A stretch of DNA of 64,000 bases from Cyanobacteria bacterium auto_48_18. Lineage in GTDB: Bacteria > Cyanobacteriota > Vampirovibrionia > Obscuribacterales > Obscuribacteraceae. The stretch is taken from assembly GCA_036170915.1 (NCBI GenBank), contig JAVHQC010000020.1, positions 96,001-160,000 on the forward strand, given 5' to 3'. The notes under the pieces were generated by a model. It made no database searches. It was not told the origin of the DNA and was given only the letters and a program-made list of their open reading frames with translations. Both the position numbers and the translations under genes were made by a program. Positions 54,379 to 64,000 of the stretch are shown here, in pieces. How positions within the stretch are numbered: the stretch's first letter is position 1; every line of letters begins with the position of its first letter.

Positions 54379-56606
54379 TTAACTCACAAGAGCATAATCA
54401 ACATACTCGTGTTCACGTCGAGCGTGAAAATCTTAGCGCTGATACTCTCTATCGCATTGGTATCGACGTTGGTGGCACATTCACCCATGCTGTGGCCATC
54501 GACTCATCTTCGGCCAGTCTGGTGGCGAAGGCCATGGTGCCCACCAGTCACCGCGCCGCTGCTGGTGTGGCCGCCGGCATTGTCGAAGCTTTGCATCTGC
54601 TTTTGCAGTCTGCCAAAATTGCCCCGGCTTCTGTCAGCTTTATTGCTCATAGTACTACTCAGGCCACCAATGCATTGCTCGAGGGTGATCTTGCTCATGT
54701 GGGCATTATTGGTATGGGTACCGGTGCTAATGCCATTTTAGCCAGAGCCTCAACCAAGTTAGGGCGAGTGCCGGTAGCGGCTGGGTGCTATCTGGAGACA
54801 AGCCATAGATTTATCGACACAGCGGTGATAACACCAGATCTGGTGCGCAAGACAATTCTGGAATTAAAATCATTCGGCTGCACCGCCATTGCTGCCAGCG
54901 AGGCATTCGCACCAGATCAACCGCAAAGCGAGCAAATGGTTTTGTCCATCGCCGCAGAACTGGGCATGCTGGCCACAGCCGGAGCTGAGGTGAGTCAGCT
55001 TTATGGTTTGAAAGTGCGCACGCGCACTGCCGCCATAAACGCCGGAATTTTACCCAAGATGATCGAGAGCGCCGACCTGACCGAAAAAAGTGTGCGTGAG
55101 GCCGGCATTAGTGCTCCGATTATGATCATGCGCTCTGATGGTGGTGTGATGGACATCGCCGCCATGCGCAAACGTCCCATTCTTTCAATTTTGTCAGGAC
55201 CAGCTGCTGGTGTGGCTGCAGCCATGATGTTTTTGCGTATCTCTGATGGAGTGTTTTTAGAAGTTGGAGGCACCAGCACAGATATTTCAGCAATTGCCAA
55301 CGGCCGCGCCTTAATCAGATCTGCTGAAATAGGTGGCCATCGCATCTATATGCGCACCCTTGATGTGCGCACCGTGGGAGTGGCTGGTGGATCACTCAGT
55401 CGTATCGATAAAGAAATAACTCATGTGGGCCCTCGCAGTGCTCACATAGCCAATCTCGCTTACGCTTCTTTTAGCCCTCCGGCAGCTGAAGGCGAAAACT
55501 TTAAAGTTGAAACTTTAAGTCCCCTGGCAAAAGATCCCGCCGATTATCTGGCCCTGAGCCGCTCCGGCGCCGGCAATACTGATAGCAAGTTCAGCCTCAC
55601 CCCCACTTGCGCAGCCAATTTGCTTGGCCTGGTGCCCGAAGGCGACTGCGCTCGCGGCAATATTGAGACCATTAAGCAGAGCTTTAGCGCTCTGGGCAAA
55701 CATCTCAAAAGCGGGTCAGAAGAGCAATTGGCCGAACGTATACAAAAATTGGCAGCGGCTCAGTGTATTCCTGTTGTGAAAAAATTGATTGCCGAACACA
55801 AGCTTGATGCTGAACTGGTTACTTTAGTTGGTGGCGGCGGCGGTGCCGCGGCAATTGTTCCTTATGTTGCGAAAGAAATGGGTTTGCGTTTTCAGCTGGC
55901 TCAACACGCCGATGTCATTTCGGCTATCGGTGTGGCTATGGCCCTGATTCGCGAGACTGTTGAGCGCCAGGTGGCCAATGTTGCTTCTGCCAATGAAACC
56001 ATTTTAGCTATGCGACAAGAAGTATTTGACGCCGTGCAAAAAATGGGAGCTGACCCTGCCACCATTGAAGTGCATGTGGAAATCGACAGCAAGACCTCAA
56101 TTGTTAGGGCCACCGCCAGCGGTGCGACAAAATTAGCGGTGGGTGAGGCGCGTGTCACCCTCAACGCAGAAGAACGCACCGCTCTGGTGGCTGATTCAAT
56201 GCGAGTTGAGCGTAGCGAAGTGGAAAACCTTTGCAGCAACGAATATTTTACGGTCTACGCTGCCAGACGCAAAGTGCATTCAGGTTTACTCAGTCTTTTT
56301 TCCGCCACCAGGCAAGCTTTGCGTGTGCTAGACAAAGAAGGCAGCATTCGCTTGCAAGCTGCCAGCGGCGACGCCCGGGCTGCAACTCGCGAAGAAGCGG
56401 AAGCGGCAGTGCTCAGTTTAATTGAGGCCCATGCCACCTGGGGTGATGCCGGCAAAACTATTCCCACAATGATTTTATTTGTCGGTGCCAAAATTATCGA
56501 TTTGTCGGGTCTGCTTGATCAAGAGCAAGTAATCGCTCTGGCCCGCGCTGAATTAGCCAATGTGCCAGTGGGCTCGACTGTCGTAATCGTTGCCAAGCTT
56601 ACTTGA
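54372..56606 (+). CDS. Hydantoinase A / 5-oxoprolinase-family ATP-dependent protein
   Basis: IGIDVGGTFT, HSTTQATNALLEG, SGPAAG, EVGGTSTD and VAGGS motifs. Confidence 0.88.
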   Translation: MVINSQEHNQHTRVHVERENLSADTLYRIGIDVGGTFTHAVAIDSSSASLVAKAMVPTSHRAAAGVAAGIVEALHLLLQSAKIAPASVSFIAHSTTQATNALLEGDLAHVGIIGMGTGANAILARASTKLGRVPVAAGCYLETSHRFIDTAVITPDLVRKTILELKSFGCTAIAASEAFAPDQPQSEQMVLSIAAELGMLATAGAEVSQLYGLKVRTRTAAINAGILPKMIESADLTEKSVREAGISAPIMIMRSDGGVMDIAAMRKRPILSILSGPAAGVAAAMMFLRISDGVFLEVGGTSTDISAIANGRALIRSAEIGGHRIYMRTLDVRTVGVAGGSLSRIDKEITHVGPRSAHIANLAYASFSPPAAEGENFKVETLSPLAKDPADYLALSRSGAGNTDSKFSLTPTCAANLLGLVPEGDCARGNIETIKQSFSALGKHLKSGSEEQLAERIQKLAAAQCIPVVKKLIAEHKLDAELVTLVGGGGGAAAIVPYVAKEMGLRFQLAQHADVISAIGVAMALIRETVERQVANVASANETILAMRQEVFDAVQKMGADPATIEVHVEIDSKTSIVRATASGATKLAVGEARVTLNAEERTALVADSMRVERSEVENLCSNEYFTVYAARRKVHSGLLSLFSATRQALRVLDKEGSIRLQAASGDARAATREEAEAAVLSLIEAHATWGDAGKTIPTMILFVGAKIIDLSGLLDQEQVIALARAELANVPVGSTVVIVAKLT

Positions 56607-56992
56607 TGGACAATTCTTTCGACTGTAAAGCGCCGCTATTTGTCCGCGGTATTGAAGAGTTTAATCGCCAGGATTTCTATGAATGTCATGAGACTTTAGA
56701 AGAATACTGGAATACTTTGCCGGCAAGTTTACCTGAGCGGCAATTGGTGCAGGGCATCATTCAGATTGCGGTGGGTTTTTATCATCTCAAGCGCGACAAT
56801 GTCAAGGGAACGCTCAAGCTTTTTACTCGCGGTAACGACCGGCTGATTAGTTCTAGCAATTTTGTTGCTGGTCTCGATGTGGGGCCGTGCTCAGCCGCTG
56901 TGGCCGCCAATATTGCCTTGCTCGAAGGGGGCTGCGCCTTTGACGACGCCCGTTTGACGGTGCCCGTGATTGGCCAAAATTCACTTCTGTAA
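56603..56992 (+). CDS. DUF309 protein
   Basis: FYECHETLEEYW and QGIIQIAVGFYH motifs. Confidence 0.85.
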   Translation: MMDNSFDCKAPLFVRGIEEFNRQDFYECHETLEEYWNTLPASLPERQLVQGIIQIAVGFYHLKRDNVKGTLKLFTRGNDRLISSSNFVAGLDVGPCSAAVAANIALLEGGCAFDDARLTVPVIGQNSLL

Positions 56993-57113
56993 TGGCAAAT
57001 TCAAATCTTCCTCTCTATACGTTGTTGAATTGAAGTCAACCAGCTATTATCAGAGTTTGGGCGCGATATAAATCAGGCGCTCGGTAACTAGGCTCGAATT
57101 ACTAAAACTGAAC

Positions 57114-58022
57114 GTGAAAAGCAACACTATCCTCGTAGTCGATGACGAACAAGCGGTCACCACTTTATTGAGTGAGGTGCTGAAGAAAGCCGGCTATGCA
57201 GCCAGTGTCGCCAACGACGGCTTCAAAGCCATTGCCGCCTGTAAAGTGCGCACCCCAGATGCCATCATTCTTGATTTGCATATGCCTCTTATGGGCGGAA
57301 TGGAAGTCTATAACCGCCTCAAGGCCGACGAAAAAACGGCAGTGATACCCATAATTTTCCTGGCAGCCCGAGACAAACCACTGCCAACATTTACCGGCGA
57401 CGCCAGTAATGAAGATATTATTTTCAAACCCGCCGAAGGCAATGAACTGCTTTCGCGAGTCAAAGCGGTCTTAAAAGAAAAAGCCTTGCGCGATGAATTG
57501 CGCCGCAAGGAAAGTCAGTTGAAAGAATTATCGCTCACTGATAGTTTGACCGAGCTCAAAAGCAGTCGCTATCTCGATGAGTTTATGCAAATAGGCATTC
57601 GTCAGGCCAAGCGTTACAGCGTGCCATTTTCGCTGGTAATCATGGAAATCGATCATCATCAGCAGTTGCTCAAAAGCGGCCAGGCCAATTTTGATGCTGT
57701 AGTCAGTCAGGTCGCTCAGCTTGTTGCCAAGCAGATGCGCGAATCAGATATTGTGGTGCGCACCAATACGGCAGAATTTACTGTGGTGCTCACTTGCACA
57801 ACTAAAGAAGGTGCCATCGAAGTGGCTGAACGTCTGCGCACTTCTGTGGCAGCCTCAGTTTTTGCAGTTGGAGCTCAATCACAAGCGGTAACAGTTTCAG
57901 TGGGAATTTGCCAGTTCGCCAAACATATGGATGACGAAGGCAAGCTGCTCATGAGCCATGGTAGAGCGGCAGTGGATCATGCCCACAGCAGTGGTGGCAA
58001 CATGACTCTAATGGCTGAGTAA
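57114..58022 (+). CDS. Response regulator receiver plus degenerate GGDEF protein
   Basis: ILVVDDE, DLHMP and KP (intact REC); RESD I-site; RTNTAEF in place of GGDEF. Confidence 0.85.
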   Translation: MKSNTILVVDDEQAVTTLLSEVLKKAGYAASVANDGFKAIAACKVRTPDAIILDLHMPLMGGMEVYNRLKADEKTAVIPIIFLAARDKPLPTFTGDASNEDIIFKPAEGNELLSRVKAVLKEKALRDELRRKESQLKELSLTDSLTELKSSRYLDEFMQIGIRQAKRYSVPFSLVIMEIDHHQQLLKSGQANFDAVVSQVAQLVAKQMRESDIVVRTNTAEFTVVLTCTTKEGAIEVAERLRTSVAASVFAVGAQSQAVTVSVGICQFAKHMDDEGKLLMSHGRAAVDHAHSSGGNMTLMAE

Positions 58023-58031
58023 AATACGCTG

Positions 58032-58673
58032 ATGCTGGCATATTTAAAAGGCCAAATAGTCGTCAAAGAAATGTCCGGCGGTCCAGTGGACAGGCTGGTG
58101 CTTGATGTAAACGGTGTGGGCTACGAGCTCGCTGTGGCGCATTCAACTTTATTGTTGCTCGGTCAGCCGGGAGATACCATTATGGTTCACACCTCCGTAG
58201 CAATTCGTGAGAACGAGTGGACAATATTCGGCTTTCGCGACAATAGTGAGCGTCAGCTTTTCAATTTATTGCAATCAGTCACCGGCATTGGGCCAAAGCT
58301 GGCTCTGGGTCTGGTTGGTACCCTGGGCATCGAAACTCTGGTGGAAGCGGTGCTCACTGAGAATCAGAAAATGATCTCGCAGGCGCCTGGGGTCGGCACC
58401 AAAGTTGCTCAGCGAATTATTCTAGAGTTGAAAACTAAAATTGAAGATTTCTCGCATACCCTTGCCACTAAGACCTTTGAGCCAAGCACGTTGTCTGCTG
58501 GAAAATCAGCGGTATTTGAAGAAGTGACCGAAATTCTTGGTAATCTCGGCTATACCCCCACTGAAATTCACAGCGCCTTGAAAAAAGCCAAAGAGACCAC
58601 GCTGGCTATAGATAGTGCTGAAGAATTGGTGCGTTTCGCCCTCAAACATTTGAGTGCTCCTCAGGTTGTCTGA
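58032..58673 (+). CDS. ruvA: Holliday junction branch migration protein RuvA
   Basis: DVNGVGY, VTGIGPKLA, PGVGTKVAQRIILEL and LGY motifs. Confidence 0.96.
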   Translation: MLAYLKGQIVVKEMSGGPVDRLVLDVNGVGYELAVAHSTLLLLGQPGDTIMVHTSVAIRENEWTIFGFRDNSERQLFNLLQSVTGIGPKLALGLVGTLGIETLVEAVLTENQKMISQAPGVGTKVAQRIILELKTKIEDFSHTLATKTFEPSTLSAGKSAVFEEVTEILGNLGYTPTEIHSALKKAKETTLAIDSAEELVRFALKHLSAPQVV

Positions 58674-59334
58674 AGAAGTCGAGCTTGAAGCCGGCACCAC
58701 CGGTAGTGTTAGCAAGAATAATGTGGCCGTGCGTCTTCAGGCGGCTTTAATTTGCACTCTTGTGGCCGCGGTTTTTGTTTTGACCCCTCCACTGGGAGTG
58801 GCTAAACCGCTGCCCCGCGAATTTTTGCATCAGGCGCAGTATATCTTTTATGCTATCTGTCTGATTGCCGCTTTCCTTACCGGTTTTGCCGTAGAGCCAG
58901 CGAAAATGTCAGCCTGGCTCAGACCGCGCACCCTCAGCGCCTGGAACGAGCGTCTTGGTTACCTCACATATTTTAGCCTCTACCTCACCAGCGCCCTTCT
59001 ATGTATGCGTATGAAGTTGGCTCTTTTTGGTCCTTATGAGTTGTTCTATCCCTTAGCTTATTTTGGACTGGTACTTACGGTACTCGGCTCCTGGCTCTTC
59101 ATCAAAGGTCTAAACGGTCTTAAATTGGCCAAAGTAGCCTATCCACATTACCTCGGTGTCATAATTGGGGCGATTGGATTGGCACTTTCTCACCTTACAT
59201 ACTTTCCACTGGCCGCAATTCCAGGAATTTTGGTTTTCATGAAGTGGCGTATAGAAAAGTTGGAGGCACTCCGAGACCCCCTACCTGAGGGCGTTACCGA
59301 GCCTCGCTACAAAGTTATTCCTCTGGTTTTTTGA
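58654..59334 (+). CDS. Membrane protein, weakly ICMT/PEMT-like C-terminus
   Basis: Multiple TM segments; YPHYLG and terminal YKVIPLVF; start uncertain. Confidence 0.6.
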   Translation: MLLRLSEEVELEAGTTGSVSKNNVAVRLQAALICTLVAAVFVLTPPLGVAKPLPREFLHQAQYIFYAICLIAAFLTGFAVEPAKMSAWLRPRTLSAWNERLGYLTYFSLYLTSALLCMRMKLALFGPYELFYPLAYFGLVLTVLGSWLFIKGLNGLKLAKVAYPHYLGVIIGAIGLALSHLTYFPLAAIPGILVFMKWRIEKLEALRDPLPEGVTEPRYKVIPLVF

Positions 59335-59560
59335 TTCAAAATGCTGATGGTTAGCGTTTCTTTATCTCTACATTAAATGTCAAGCATTGCTTCCTCTTGA
59401 TATGGCCTTACAATCGAACTAAGGACAAGCGGATTCAACTCCTGATGCATGGCTCAAAAGGACGCTGGATAACTGTTTAGACGCTTGAAAGAAATGATGC
59501 GTTATGTATTGCGCAATTCATTCATTTCCCCTGGTTGGCCTGTAAATGGAGAGCATATAA

Positions 59561-59776
59561 ATGAACGAGACTACCCTCTCAAATGATGAAAGACGATGCC
59601 TGCAAATGTGGTTCAGGCAGGCAATTGCCAAACTTGAACTAGAAGAAGTGACTGATGTGATGCTAAAAGAATATCCAGTGGAAGCTGATTCACAAGGCGC
59701 CCACCGCACAACAACCTCGCGCAGACGAGTGTCCCGCTCCAGACTTACTTCTCATTTGAAGGAGTTGATAGTCTAG
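59561..59776 (+). CDS. Small hypothetical protein
   Basis: GGAG SD before the ATG and a strong hairpin after the stop. Confidence 0.6.
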   Translation: MNETTLSNDERRCLQMWFRQAIAKLELEEVTDVMLKEYPVEADSQGAHRTTTSRRRVSRSRLTSHLKELIV

Positions 59777-59803
59777 AAGCTTTTTTCAGGCCAATAAGCT
59801 ATT

Positions 59804-59831
59804 AAACAGGAAGGCGTAAGCCTTCCTGTTT
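59804..59831 (+). terminator. Intrinsic terminator hairpin
   Basis: aaacaggaaggc-gtaa-gccttcctgttt; perfect 12-bp stem with GNRA loop. Confidence 0.8.
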
Positions 59832-59998
59832 CGCTATGTGCCTATCTGGCTAAAATATTTGCCCAATTTTGAAAAAATTGGCAAATATATTGAACTTTTG
59901 GGGCTGGTTGGACGTAGTAATAAGAGGGAATTACTTAGAATTAGAGTGGCTGAGGTGCAATTCTCAGTTAAGCGCTAATTGGCATTGCCAGGAGAGTC

Positions 59999-62900
59999 AT
60001 GAGTCCTCGTCCATACGTACCACTGCATTTGCACACCGAATATAGTCTGCTCGATGGCGCCACCATGATAAAAGATCTGGTGAAGAAAGCCAAAGCAGAG
60101 AATATGCCGGCGGTTGCCATTACCGATCATGGTGTCATGTACGGTGCCGTTGAGCTGACAAAAAAATGTCAGGAAGTAGGTGGTCTCAAGCCTATCATCG
60201 GCTGCGAGGCTTATATCATCGATGGTGATATTAAAGACAAATCGGCCAAGCAACCGCTCTATCACCTGACTATGCTCTCGCGCAATAAAGAAGGCTATCG
60301 CAATCTGGTGCGCTTAAATTCCCGCGCTCATTTGCAAGGCTTTTATTACAAGCCGCGCATCAATAAAGAAATGCTCGAGGCGCAAAAAGAGGGCCTGATC
60401 ATTCTTTCGGGTTGTCTTGGTGCAGAGCTTTGTCAGCATTTGCTCAAAGACGATTATAAAAAAGCTCTAGAAGTGGCCGACTGGTATAAACAAACTTTCG
60501 GCGAAAATTACTACATTGAAATTCAAGATCACGGCATGCCCGAAGATCGCAAAGTCAACCGCTCGCTTGTGCAAATCGCTCGCGAGCTAAAAATCAAGTT
60601 GACTTGCACAAATGACAGTCACTTCACTAACAAACAAGATGCAAAGGCGCATGACTGCTTGCTTTGCATTCAGATGGGCAAGAACGTTACCGACTCCAAT
60701 CGCATGAAATTTACCGGTTGGGAATACATCAAAAATGGCGATGAGATGGCTTATCTTTTTCGCGATCACCTTGATACTGAAATCATTGAAGAGTCGATTT
60801 TAAGCACTTTAGAAATTGCCGACAAAGTTGAAATGGTCAAATTGGCCAGCGAACCACGCTTGCCTAATTTTGAAGTACCGCAAGGGCACACAGCCGAAAG
60901 TTATCTCAATCGACTGGTCTTTGATGGGCTGAGAGAGCGCTTTCCTGAGTGGAATCAAGAAATAGAAGATCGCGCTTTTCGCGAACTAAAAGTAATCGAA
61001 GATATGAATTTTGCTTCTTACTTTTTAATTGTGGCCGACTTCATCGATTACGCTCGCAAAAAAGATATTCCGGTAGGGCCTGGTCGAGGGTCAGCCGCCG
61101 GATCAATTGTGGCTTATGCTCTTGGTATTACCAATATTGATCCTTTGCGCTACAACCTGCTCTTTGAGCGGTTTTTGAACCCTGAGCGTAAGAGCATGCC
61201 TGATATTGATACTGACTTTTGTATCGAACGGCGTGGTGAGGTAATTAAGTATTGCGCTGAAAAATACGGCGAAGACAGAGTTGCTCAAATCATTACCTTC
61301 AACCGCATGACCTCCAAAGCCGTCATTAAAGACGTGGCAAGAGTGCTCGAATTTCCTTTCGGTGAATCAAACAAGCTCGCCAAAATGGTACCGGTTGTGC
61401 GCGGTAAGCCAACACCTCTAGATGAAATGGTGGAGGAGCATCCTGAATTCAAAAAGGTCTACCAGACTGATGATTACGCCAAACAAGTAATTGACCTGGC
61501 GCGCAAACTCGAAGGCTGCAACAAAACCTTTGGTATGCATGCTGCTGGTGTAGTGATCTCTGACGTGCCTATGGAAGAAATGATTCCGCTGCAGAGGAAC
61601 AACGACGGCACCATCATTGCGCAATACTACATGGAAGACGCAGCCTATGTGGGCCTCGTTAAAATGGACTTCCTTGGCCTGCGCAACTTGACCATGATCG
61701 ACAAAGCTTGCAAGCGCATTAAAGAAGTGCGCGGCATTGAAATCATTCCTGACAAAATTCCACTTGATGATGAGAAGACTTTCCAGACAATTTCAAATGG
61801 TGATCTGGCCGGAGTATTTCAGTTAGAAACATCCGCTGGTATGAAACAGGTAGCTCGAGACATGCGCCCTTCCAACATGGAAGACATCTCAGCGCTGATT
61901 GCACTCTATCGCCCAGGCCCACTCGATTCTGGAATGATCGATAAATTTATTGATTGCAAACACGGCAAAACCAAAATTACTTATCAAACGCCTTTGCTTG
62001 AGACTATTCTCAAGCCTACTTATGGTCAGATTGTTTATCAAGAACAGATCATGCAAATTGCTCAGGTGCTTGGTGGTTACAGTCTCGGCCAAGCAGACCT
62101 GTTGCGCCGGGCCATGGGTAAAAAGCTGCCCGCTGAAATGGAAAAGCAGCGCGCTTTGTTTGTGGAAGGCTGTGCGAAAAATTCGGTCAGTCCTGAAATC
62201 GCCAACAATCTCTTCGATATTATGGTGCAGTTTGCCGAGTATTGCTTCAACAAGTCACACAGTGCGGCCTACGGAGTAGTCACTTATCAAACTGCTTATC
62301 TAAAGACACACTATCCTGTGGAATATATGGCTGCTGTACTTTCTTCGGTTTCGTCAGATACCGACAAAGTGCAGGGTTACATCGCTGAATGTCAGGCTAT
62401 GAATATTGATATTTTGCCGCCTGATATGAATGTATCAGGATCTGACTTTACCTCAGATGGTGGTGCCATTCGTTTTGGACTGTCAGCCACCAAGGGTCTG
62501 GGTGACGCCGCTGTGCAAGCCATTGTTGCCGAGCGCGAGCGCGGTGGTACTTTTGCCACCATGCAAGATTTTCTCGACCGCATCGACTTGCGTCTGGTGA
62601 ACAAAAAATCGCTAGAATCGCTTATTAAGTCTGGTGCTTGCGTGGGTCTCGGCATGAGCCGCAAGCAAGCCTTGACCAATCTTGATTCGCTGGTTGATGC
62701 TGCCAACCGCCGGCAAACTTCGAAAAATACTGGACAGATCAGTTTGTTCAGCTTAGGCGAATCGCAAGGCATCAATTTAGAGACGCCGCTGATTGGCGAT
62801 CCTTCTGAATTTGGCGAAGGCGAGCTGCAAACCATGGAGCACGAGCTGCTTGGCTTTTACGTCACCAGCCATCCTCTTAAGCGCATTGCTAATCGATTGC

Positions 62901-63445
62901 GATATTTGACCACGCACTCGGTCAAAGAAATGAAAGAGTCGCCTGACGGCACCACTGTCATTCTTGGTGGCCTGGCTAATTCTATTGAGAAGAAACTGAC
63001 CAAACAAAATAAGCTGCTTTGCATAATCCACCTTGAAGACCTAACCGGCAAAGCCGAGATAGTCCTTTATAGCGAGGCTCTGGAGAAAGTTTCTTCTGAT
63101 GTGCTCTTGCCCCAATCACTTCTACTTGTTAAGGGAAAAGTTAAGAAGAACGAAGAGAGCACTTCTGTGATGGGCTCAAGCATTCGTCGCATCGGCGACG
63201 CTTCCATGGTCGACGTGATCTTCAGCACTAATCAGTCTTTCTCTGACCTGCACAGACTGAAAGACTTGCTCATTTTGCACAAAGGCGAAGATCCGGTTTT
63301 GTTGCACTTCCCTCAGGGCAAGCGCTCTTCAGCCATTCTCGTCGGTGCTCAGTTCTGGGTTGATGCCGCTTCCAGTCTGCCGGCTGCCATCGAAACCAAT
63401 TTCGCCGAGACCGTCAAGGTCAGAGTGAATAAGATTCATATTTAG
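59999..63445 (+). CDS. dnaE: DNA polymerase III alpha subunit (unsplit, intein-free)
   Basis: LHLHTEYSLLDG PHP domain, GRGSAAGS, PDIDTDF and FNKSHS motifs. Confidence 0.98.
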   Translation: MSPRPYVPLHLHTEYSLLDGATMIKDLVKKAKAENMPAVAITDHGVMYGAVELTKKCQEVGGLKPIIGCEAYIIDGDIKDKSAKQPLYHLTMLSRNKEGYRNLVRLNSRAHLQGFYYKPRINKEMLEAQKEGLIILSGCLGAELCQHLLKDDYKKALEVADWYKQTFGENYYIEIQDHGMPEDRKVNRSLVQIARELKIKLTCTNDSHFTNKQDAKAHDCLLCIQMGKNVTDSNRMKFTGWEYIKNGDEMAYLFRDHLDTEIIEESILSTLEIADKVEMVKLASEPRLPNFEVPQGHTAESYLNRLVFDGLRERFPEWNQEIEDRAFRELKVIEDMNFASYFLIVADFIDYARKKDIPVGPGRGSAAGSIVAYALGITNIDPLRYNLLFERFLNPERKSMPDIDTDFCIERRGEVIKYCAEKYGEDRVAQIITFNRMTSKAVIKDVARVLEFPFGESNKLAKMVPVVRGKPTPLDEMVEEHPEFKKVYQTDDYAKQVIDLARKLEGCNKTFGMHAAGVVISDVPMEEMIPLQRNNDGTIIAQYYMEDAAYVGLVKMDFLGLRNLTMIDKACKRIKEVRGIEIIPDKIPLDDEKTFQTISNGDLAGVFQLETSAGMKQVARDMRPSNMEDISALIALYRPGPLDSGMIDKFIDCKHGKTKITYQTPLLETILKPTYGQIVYQEQIMQIAQVLGGYSLGQADLLRRAMGKKLPAEMEKQRALFVEGCAKNSVSPEIANNLFDIMVQFAEYCFNKSHSAAYGVVTYQTAYLKTHYPVEYMAAVLSSVSSDTDKVQGYIAECQAMNIDILPPDMNVSGSDFTSDGGAIRFGLSATKGLGDAAVQAIVAERERGGTFATMQDFLDRIDLRLVNKKSLESLIKSGACVGLGMSRKQALTNLDSLVDAANRRQTSKNTGQISLFSLGESQGINLETPLIGDPSEFGEGELQTMEHELLGFYVTSHPLKRIANRLRYLTTHSVKEMKESPDGTTVILGGLANSIEKKLTKQNKLLCIIHLEDLTGKAEIVLYSEALEKVSSDVLLPQSLLLVKGKVKKNEESTSVMGSSIRRIGDASMVDVIFSTNQSFSDLHRLKDLLILHKGEDPVLLHFPQGKRSSAILVGAQFWVDAASSLPAAIETNFAETVKVRVNKIHI

Positions 63446-63756
63446 AATGGGTTAGTGCCAAAGTCTAAAGCTAGGTAAAGGGCAAATTCGCCCCTTAGAG
63501 CAATTTTGTTTACACGCGGAACATTTCCTGTAGAATACGTCTTTCGATCTATCTTCATTATGGAGGTTGATGCACCACACAACGCCCAACTCCCAGGCCC
63601 TGTCTAATCTTAATCTGGTGTAGATAAGCGTTTCGTGTACCCCGCAGGAAAGCGAATATAAAGCAAAAGCCAAGGCTCGCGCTTTTTACAAATTCCTGAA
63701 CTCTCGGATACCAATTTCATTGCTGCTCACTTGGAGCAGCCCAAGGGGGAAGAAAC

Positions 63757-64000
63757 ATGTTTGGACCACATTTGATCCTTGAAGCTTATGGTTGCCCAAA
63801 AGAACTTTTGGCAGACATGACACTAATGAGTCAAGCGCTTGATGCTTATCCTGCAAAGCTTGATATGACTAAGATTATGCCGCCTTACGTCTTTACCTAT
63901 CATGGTGCCGTTGAAGACGATTGGGGAGTAAGCGGAGTAGTGTTGATCGCCGAATCGCACATCTCCATTCACTCTTTTCCAGAAAAAGGCTTCGCTACTC
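63757..64000 (+). CDS. speD: S-adenosylmethionine decarboxylase proenzyme (truncated by window end)
   Basis: Own translation: MFGPHLILEAYGCP...GVSGVVLIAESHISIHSFPEKG, including the E/SH autocleavage motif; not in the ORF track because it lacks a stop. Confidence 0.93.
   Translation, partial: MFGPHLILEAYGCPKELLADMTLMSQALDAYPAKLDMTKIMPPYVFTYHGAVEDDWGVSGVVLIAESHISIHSFPEKGFAT

Overview
A 64-kb core-chromosome window of moderate GC. It is most consistent with a non-photosynthetic relative of cyanobacteria (Vampirovibrionia/Melainabacteria, Obscuribacterales-like). This is inferred from cyanobacterial-type Hfq, J-domain and CobT proteins, a DnaE carrying the cyanobacterial FAEY/CFNKSH junction but no intein, a Zn-ribbon Ser/Thr kinase, and the absence of photosynthesis genes in the window. 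Housekeeping genes are accD-accA, groES-groEL, pip, ispF, a fused biotin carboxylase-BCCP, hbd, mreBCD-mrdA, metG, coaBC, rluB-rodZ-rimO, nrdR-rplS-rbgA-rnhB, cobT, aroF, ruvA, dnaE and a partial speD. There are also three GGDEF signalling proteins and several lineage-specific hypotheticals. I see no rRNA, tRNA, CRISPR array or prophage. The most striking unexplained signal is a family of six intergenic, loop-less 26-36 bp palindromes (consensus AAACYTGGATSGAT|ATCSATCCARGTTT) with compensatory base changes. The second is an IS1595-transposase-derived gene whose catalytic core appears lost and which carries a DprA-type winged helix, with one palindrome copy about 180 bp upstream. All family assignments are by motif recognition only; no searches were run.
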